Shown here in pieces: positions 57,000 to 64,000 of a stretch of 64,000 nucleotides of DNA (its first letter is position 1; the number at the start of each line of letters is the position of its first letter). This DNA comes from an uncultured Nitrososphaerales archaeon. Its GTDB lineage: Archaea > Thermoproteota > Nitrososphaeria > Nitrososphaerales > Nitrososphaeraceae. The DNA is taken from NCBI GenBank assembly GCA_963695855.1, contig CAVOHZ010000003.1:352001-416000 (forward strand), read 5' to 3'. Under the pieces are notes generated by a model. That model worked only from the letters and a program-made list of their open reading frames with translations, was not told where the DNA came from and ran no database searches. The position numbers and the translations under genes were made by a program.

Positions 57000-57557
57000 T
57001 CAGCTGAATGCTGTTGCATTTATTGCTGTTGCATTTGCAATTTGTCCTCTTATTTCCCCATTAGGATAATCTACCGTATGAATATTCAAATAAGCATTCA
57101 ATTGTTTTATCTGAGCTATTACATCTTGTAGCGATTTTCCTGTGAGTGGTCCTTCCAAGTCGCTTGCGGTTATAGTTCCTTCAGTCAAGGTTCCATTAAT
57201 AAGATCAGTTGGACTGCTTGAATTAAACAATGTGGCGATCACATCACCATTTTTTCCAAAAGCACCTAAATGAATATGAGAAGCTTTAACTTTATCCAAA
57301 TTTGTTACATTTATTTGATAGTTTAAGGTGTTGTTATCATATTTTAGTACTGCAAACCCACTAGAATTTGTTGTTACTGGTGGTACTTCTTCAAAGCCTA
57401 CAAGCGGTGTAGTATAAATTTCCTCTGCATATGATACGATCAATGCTCCCGACGAAAGTATGAATAGTGATGCTAGGAATAAGCCAATGTAATAATGATC
57501 GGAAAATATCATTAGATTGATATGTTCAGCATTGTTTATAAGAATTATGTATCCCAA
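57000..57557 (-). CDS. Secreted CHRD domain protein
   Basis: LVGFEEVPPV, ASHIH.G..G.NG, YLNIHT..YPNGEIRGQI. Confidence 0.93.
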   Translation of the reverse strand: MGYIILINNAEHINLMIFSDHYYIGLFLASLFILSSGALIVSYAEEIYTTPLVGFEEVPPVTTNSSGFAVLKYDNNTLNYQINVTNLDKVKASHIHLGAFGKNGDVIATLFNSSSPTDLINGTLTEGTITASDLEGPLTGKSLQDVIAQIKQLNAYLNIHTVDYPNGEIRGQIANATAINATAFS

Positions 57558-58319
57558 TATAGTATTCGTTATTTAATAGATGAACAAGTTAGAATATCAA
57601 TTTTAGGAATTTTAGACGAGAAAAGGGATTGTTTATTATTAACCCCTACATATTAAAATCTGTTATGGCTGTTTAGTATAAAAAGATATTTTAAAATTAA
57701 TAGTAGATTGGACCGTTATATGCGGAAGTTAAATTGTCATAACTAATTATTTTGAAATAAAGATAATCCATAAACAGAAATAGTATAAATGTAAATTATA
57801 TATAATTTACGCGTAAATCAGATTTAATGAAAGAAACATGTCAAAGTTGCCGAGCTGTAAAGGATAACGCATAAAAATAACCTTAAGAAATCATCAAGAT
57901 AAATATCTCTATGACTATTGAGAAGATCAATAAAAATAAAAAATCGAGGCTCGCTTAACATTACTAAAAATATACTATGTATTCTCCCATCTAATCTATT
58001 TTGATAAATAGATTTGAAGGAGATACAATCAATTCCTAAATAATGTATTCTCGAAGTGAACAATGTAATTTTAATTATCCCAACATTAACATTAAAGTCA
58101 CACATTTTTAGACATCAATACATTAGGCAATCATAGCAACTGTCCATGTTAGTCATTTGATTTAGATTAATGTCTTCCTAGAATAGTATTGGAAAATCTG
58201 TAAAAAAGAGCCTTTGGTTTTTTAAATGTAAATAGTACATAGGCACTTCTGCACAGGTAGTGAAATATCTCCACACTGTAATACTGGCTTGTCATTGGTT
58301 AAAGAGATGTACGAAACGA

Positions 58320-59331
58320 TGGTTTGTTGCATAACTCGTTTAACCAATCGTTCTCATTATTATATAATTGATAATTATGTAACAGTTATACTTTGAAACC
58401 AGTTATACAACGATGCTTTCAACATTATCTCTCTTATCATGTTCTCTAACCTGATAGCAGTAACATATTCACCAAACATTCTCTTCATAGAGGAAAAAAC
58501 AGATTCTACCATCCATCTTTGTCCATAGCGTACACTATCTTTCCATTCTTGCAAATCATTCTTCTGCATTTTCACCATCTTGTTTCTAAGGTAATGATTG
58601 GTCTTTTTCTGCATCTAGAATTCTTTCTTACCTTTATTGCTGGTTGTATGCCTTTAAATGATAGAAACTGAAAGATCTTGTTGCTATCATAGGAACCATC
58701 CATGATAGCAGTATCTATTACCTTATTCTGTTTTATTGCTATATAATCAACCAATTTTGGAAGTACTTTTACATCATGTACTTCTTCACTAGTAACATCT
58801 AATGATAGAATTCTCTTCTTTTTTATATCGACTGCTAAATGTATCTTTAGATATCCTCTTTTTACATTCCACTTGTGTCTAATCCATTCACCCCTCTTAG
58901 ATACCTTTATACCGGTAGAATCAATTGCAATAACAAAATTATCATCATGCAAGTTAGATTTGGTTATATCATCAGAAATCTTGATATCCAGTCTATTTAT
59001 TCTTCTGCTAATGTTACTATAATCTGGAATTGATGGCAAAGTGTTTGAAGCATGTTCTCTTACTACTCCTTCAGTTTGTCTGTAGGGTAAGTGAAAGTAT
59101 GCTCTCATGTATCCCAATAACTTGACAAATGAATCTGGATATACGAATTTCCTACCTTCCTTTTCCTTATTCATCTTCTCTAGTTCAGTATTCCAGTTAT
59201 CTATAACATCAAAATCCAGTAATACCTCACCACGTTTAACAAGAGATTCGTTGTAATTTCTCCAGTTCACATAATATGACTAGAATTGGTTAGCTAAATG
59301 TGTTGAGAAGAACAAGTTGTGCAACAAGGCA
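58320..59331 (-). mobile_element. IS5-family (IS903-like) element, frameshifted transposase
   Basis: TIR TGGTTTGTTGCATAAC/GTTGTGCAACAAGGCA; TSD CGAAACGA; NWRNYNESLVKRG, IDSTGIK, DGSYDS, RWMVESVFSSMKR. Confidence 0.95.
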
Positions 59332-59563
59332 CGAAACGACACATAGAAGAACGGAATAAAAAATACACCAAAAAGTACATGGATCTATATATATTTCGGG
59401 ATTATTCAAAACATTAAAGATCCGAAAAATAAAATATTCTGATTTGTTGGAATAAAGAGTTGTGTCTAAGAAATCATCTAGTGGAATCTTACAAGTAAAG
59501 GATGCTACTTAAATTGGTATACAATATGTACGGTTTTGTCAAAAGCTTTCTTTCAACGATTAC

Positions 59564-59722
59564 CTATTCTCTTTTTTTATTCTTTTGTCTTTTTGTTTTT
59601 CCACTCATGCTTGCGTTACATACTGCATACGGATTTACCTTGTCTCCTGATTTGTTTTCCACCTTCTCGACACACCTGTCAAACTTTTTTGAATCGAGTT
59701 CCTTCTTGATACCTCGAGGCAT
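59564..59722 (-). CDS. 52-aa basic micro-protein with FDRCV..NPYAVC motif
   Basis: MPRGIKKELDSKKFDRCVEKVENKSGDKVNPYAVCNASMSGKTKRQKNKKRE*; promoter-like AT box upstream. Confidence 0.6.
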   Translation of the reverse strand: MPRGIKKELDSKKFDRCVEKVENKSGDKVNPYAVCNASMSGKTKRQKNKKRE

Positions 59723-60144
59723 ACATATAATATCACAACATCATTAATTAAGATTAAATGAAGATTTAGTATTAAGTTTCAATGACTACGTTACATTTAT
59801 GTAGATCAAGAAATTTCGACTGAGATTTATATTAAATTAAACACATTATCCAAAATAAAGAAGAATATCGTAATTCGGACTTATGGAGTTAAAAAAGTAT
59901 CCAAGTCCAAAATATATATTTTAAATGTTAAATGATATAGAATATTAATTATTGCTGTGAAAAATAAGAAATGATATCTAAAAGATAAATAACAAAATAC
60001 ACTATAAAAGACTACCAGAATTTATAACATTAAACTGTAAAGATCAATTATTTGTATGAATAAAATTATTTGTATGAATATAACAAATGAATTGTATGAC
60101 TTAAAGTATAAAATCATCATATACTTTGTTATCAATATCATAGT

Positions 60145-60738
60145 ATGAACTATGATAAAGAAATAAATGCAGTCGGAGAAGAAGTTATAAATCCAGACGG
60201 AAGTGTTATACCGACTATAGAGTCTGAAAATATATCTAAGGAGAAAGAAAAGTATGTTATTTCAAAAGACGAGATCCCTACGTTTAATAAAATTTTAGTA
60301 ACAGATGATGGCAAAGATATAACAAATAAGGCTCTGAATTATGCTATTTCATTATCCAATTCAACGAAGGCGGAAATAGTAATTTTACGTATAATAGAAG
60401 ATGTTGACCAATTAGATATTTCAGTTGAAGGTTCAAAGAATGTCACTGAAAATAAAAATCTTAACAACGAAAACTTTGAACGAACTATCAAGGGAGAAAT
60501 AATAAATTCAATGGAAGACAAAATTAAGAATTGTCGGATGGTTGGATGTAACAATAAGGTTTCATACAAATTTTTGACGGGTGATCCAATAGACGAGATA
60601 GTCAAAGAAATAAATGATAATAACTATGATTTAGTAGTTTTGACTACCACTCACATAGATTCATGGTTTCGATCATTATTTAGTGATGCAAGAAAAATAA
60701 TAAGTAATATCAGTAGCCCTGTTTTGATAATACAGTGA
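60145..60738 (+). CDS. Universal stress protein (UspA family)
   Basis: FNKILVTDDG, ALNYAISL, GDPIDEIV, YDLVVL, SPVLII. Confidence 0.9.
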   Translation: MNYDKEINAVGEEVINPDGSVIPTIESENISKEKEKYVISKDEIPTFNKILVTDDGKDITNKALNYAISLSNSTKAEIVILRIIEDVDQLDISVEGSKNVTENKNLNNENFERTIKGEIINSMEDKIKNCRMVGCNNKVSYKFLTGDPIDEIVKEINDNNYDLVVLTTTHIDSWFRSLFSDARKIISNISSPVLIIQ

Positions 60739-60889
60739 TTCTTATTTTAAAATCCGGCTATAAGTGTTCTATAGAAAATGTGTGATCAAAATTAAATCAC
60801 ATTTCATATTACTTTGAATCTAAATAGACAAATATTTTATAACATTGTCTAATAAAATTAAAATCTGCTTTGATTAAATTTATGTATGA

Positions 60890-62125
60890 TTAACTAACAA
60901 GATTCTTAATTATAGATTCATCGTATTTATTATTTCTTATCAATTGGGCCATTTGGACTGCAGCCAGTATAGTTCTCATAATATCTTTTCCCAATACTTG
61001 AATATTTTGTCCTGATTTATTTTCATGATGATATATTTTTTTATAGTTGTTACTCAGTTTCTGATTCATTTCTTCATAATTATTTTGGGTATCTTCTCCA
61101 TACCAGCCTCTACTCCATCCCACAAATGGAAATTTACCAAATATAAATCCTAGTTGTGACCAGAAAGATAGCATTTCACCAGCTACATCTTGAATATTAT
61201 CCTGTCCACCAGTAATTATAAAGGCTGCTACTTTGTCCCTAACTAAGTAATTGTTATTAGTAATTGATTGATTCTGCACACAGTTCATTCTTTCTATCAT
61301 TTTATAATATAAAGAACTGGCACTTCCCCATCTTATAGGAGTCGCAATGATAACTACATCCGACCATAATAATATTTTCCTATAGATTTCTATCATCTCA
61401 TAGTGTTCATCGCTTTCGGATATAGAGCATGGAAAAATACATGCTTTTGCATCCGTTGAATAATATCCTTCACAATGTCTAAATTCTAGGTCACGTAATT
61501 TGAGAAATATCCTGTCGGTATTTAATTGATTTTTTGCATATTCAATTGCAAAATAAAGTGCCTTATCGGATGTACTTTTCCTATAGACTACGTTATCATT
61601 TTTATTCGTTGTTGAAATCCCCAGTATTTTTAATTTAGAATAAGGCTGAGCATAAGGAGAGCTTTGATCTAACCTGCTTAACCTTTCTTGAACAGAATGA
61701 GCCAATTGTAGGTATTTGGGATGAGGAACAAATGTCATTTTGCCTCGCCTTTGTGGAACAGGATTTGCATAAATTTTATTATCAATGATTTTAATCTTGA
61801 AATTATCTACACTTCATCCTCCCACATGCGAAGACAACCCAGTACGAATATCATATTTCCATCCATGCCACGGACAAGTAATTATATTTCCATCCAATTT
61901 TCCCTTAATAAGGGGACCGCCCTTGTGAATGCACTTATTAGAGATTGCGTGAAAATTACCATTAAGATTGAACAGTACAATTTCTATTTTCTTTTTTTCA
62001 TTATTACAAATAGAAAAAACTTTTGGTTCCCCTTCCTTTATATCCGAAGTAAGACATAAAAATTGGTAGGAATCGATGCTTTTTCTGTCTTTGAGATTTT
62101 TTTTCATATTTATACCAGCGCACAA
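60890..62125 (-). pseudogene. Rieske ferredoxin-flavodoxin (FMN reductase/iron-sulfur flavoprotein-like) fusion split by an in-frame TGA
   Basis: CIHKGG..CPWHGW; TGA at 61814-61816 followed in frame by SVDNFKIKIIDNKIYANP.. into ATG 61738; CEGYYS..C..PC, IATPIRWG, ITGGQD. Confidence 0.85.
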
Positions 62126-62640
62126 AAATATTTAGTTATTTCATTTTATTCGATTGTTTAATTTATAAAAAAGAATGATTAGAGCTAAGAAACGGTCAAA
62201 TAATACCGACTTAAACAGAAGGAATATAACTTGCAATGTATTGAAGGCTTGCCTATTGGTATATGTTTTTACGTAGACATTTGGCAAACATTGAGTACGT
62301 TGAAATGATATTCTTGATTAAATTAGATGATAATAAAAACCTAAAAATAAATTTACAATTTAAATAGAAGAACATATTAAAGTCGGGACGAAATTTAGAT
62401 ATTTGTGTGAGATAGATTTAATAAAGTTTGAAAAATCCATACCTGTAAGTTTCAACCTTTTCTAATTATTTTGTTACTCATTATTATGTTATTCTAAATA
62501 TGATTCCACAGATAATATTTACGCATTAATTATATTCTTTTTTGTACGTTAAATTTTAAATCTTGCACCTATACATGATATATGTTCATCCATTTGTATA
62601 GTTTAGTGTATACATGAATATATGGTTACACAATAAGAAA

Positions 62641-62988
62641 TTATTTCTCTGGATATTTCTCTTTGATTTCCTTTATAAATTCTTCATCTTTTTCTTTGTC
62701 TAATTTTCGAATTATCCATTCTAGCATTTTATGATTTCTTTCTTCCTCCTCTTTTGATTGGGGACTACCCACAGACCATAAGATCGTTAATCCACCTACT
62801 TGCCACATCAATTGAAGAAATTATGACTGCCAATTTTCAAAAGTATCCCTCATATTTTCCTCCCAACTTTGGCCTGTGCTAAATCCATAATACCAATGAC
62901 CTATGATGGAACCAGAAAATAAAATGAAGGTAACCCATAAATAGCCATATTTTTTTGCCACAGTATTTTTTTTGTTACCACAATACAT
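62641..62988 (-). pseudogene. DUF6766-like membrane protein with nonsense codon
   Basis: TFENWQS*FLQL..VGSPQSKE; TAA at 62821-62823 sits where the family motif FENWQSEFLQ has Glu. Confidence 0.75.
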
Positions 62989-63412
62989 ATTATGCATTAT
63001 TATTAATATCGATTATAGAATGACGAGTTCGATTGTCTATTAAAAACGCCAATATTAAATGTGAAAGAATCTGATCTCATACACTTTACTGATGTTGAAT
63101 ACAATGAATTGTTACATCATTCTTTATTTGCTTTTTACATAAAAATATAGAATACAGGTATTAAATTAAGATTATAATAAAATATTTATTCACAAGTTAT
63201 TACGTTAGTATTCATATCATTAGGGTATACAATTGTGATGTTTTTATAATAATGGTTGACTCGAATGCATTTAGATATTTGATTTATTATTTGAATATTA
63301 ATATAAAATTTTGGGCTTCTGGATAATCTAAAAATAGACAATTTGGTTCGTTTCAATACAAAAAAGAGGATACAAACCACTTTGACTAACTTTTTTAGAG
63401 TTTAAATTAGTG

Positions 63413-63719
63413 CTAATATACTAGGCCTGCTTCATAGGCAATTTGAGAGATATTCAAATATTCCTTATCTTCTATTTTTTCTAATTTTTTAATTAACTCT
63501 TTATCATCGATTTTATTTTTTATAAATTTTAATACTTTATCTTTTTCTTCTGGAAATTCAAAGTCCCCTGAGAATTCGACTTAAAGTTTCTACTCTTTTA
63601 TAATTTTGCAAACTAGATTCCATTTTTAGGTTTGGAATACTTTCTTTTTTGATTGTATCCTTTATTTTGATATGTATTCCAGATTCAGGAATTTCTCCTG
63701 AACCATTTGTTGGGTTCAT
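63413..63719 (-). pseudogene. DUF2795-like small protein, frameshifted
   Basis: C-terminal frame DFEFPEEKDKVLKFI...LEKIEDKEYLNISQIAYEAGLVY* is out of frame with ATG 63719. Confidence 0.5.
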
Positions 63720-64000
63720 ATAATAATAAATACATAAAAATATATATGCATTAAAACTGCTGCTAAAAATATTTTGTGAACAAAACCAAACCTAACATAC
63801 ATGTCAACTAAATTTCATCTATTTATAAAGGTTAAAAATAACAATTTTCAAACGTAATGAAGATTTTTTATTGAAACGAATTCTTAAACCAATTTTTACT
63901 ATTCAACATACATATTGGAATATCTATGTAAATGATACTTGGGACCAATGTGAAGTGATATATCTTCACCTAAGCTAATCCTACGCAAAATTTATACCGA

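Noticed and set aside
59502-59747. Plus-strand 81-aa Phe-rich ORF
   Set aside because: Antisense shadow of the Lys-rich minus-strand micro-protein.
732-62823. Alternative genetic code or stop-codon recoding suggested by many in-frame stops
   Set aside because: The stops are of all three types (TAA 732, TGA 26309, TAA 27140, TAA 30043, TAG 42759, TGA 61814, TAA 62821), replace different residues and co-occur with frameshifts; this fits decay or sequencing error.

Overview
Very AT-rich, low-coding-density accessory region. The gene families (KKITRGLP-type tyrosine recombinases, cyclase-REC, HKs with 'FExLW' TrmB/PLD-like modules, PsbP-like and PRC-barrel-like paralogues) point to a soil ammonia-oxidising archaeon of the Nitrososphaeraceae, Ca. 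Nitrosocosmicus-like (inference). No rRNA, tRNA or CRISPR was seen. Contents: (i) 1-5.3 kb, a cobalamin-binding CarH/LitR-type protein with a non-MerR, IS1634-transposase-like N-terminus, next to SRPBCC-TIGR01777 and YbjT-like genes; three local promoters share a TAGT-N4-ACTA palindrome about 20 bp upstream of the TATA box. (ii) 6.0-18.7 kb, a decayed integrative element bounded by a perfect 17-bp direct repeat with a recombinase gene at each end, carrying sensory/signalling cargo. (iii) A dispersed stress/dormancy-type gene set: Ku plus three-domain LigD, ferritin-like, YhfW, YetF, PRC-barrel-like, CHRD, USP, DUF6766. (iv) Eight delimitable IS (IS5-type x4, IS630 x3, IS481) plus IS5, IS6-like and IS110 remnants. 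(v) A degenerate RHS toxin fragment. (vi) Two GC-rich structured non-coding islands, one with complementary kissing loops. Many genes are broken by nonsense or frameshift lesions. All family calls are from motif recognition by eye; no database search was run.
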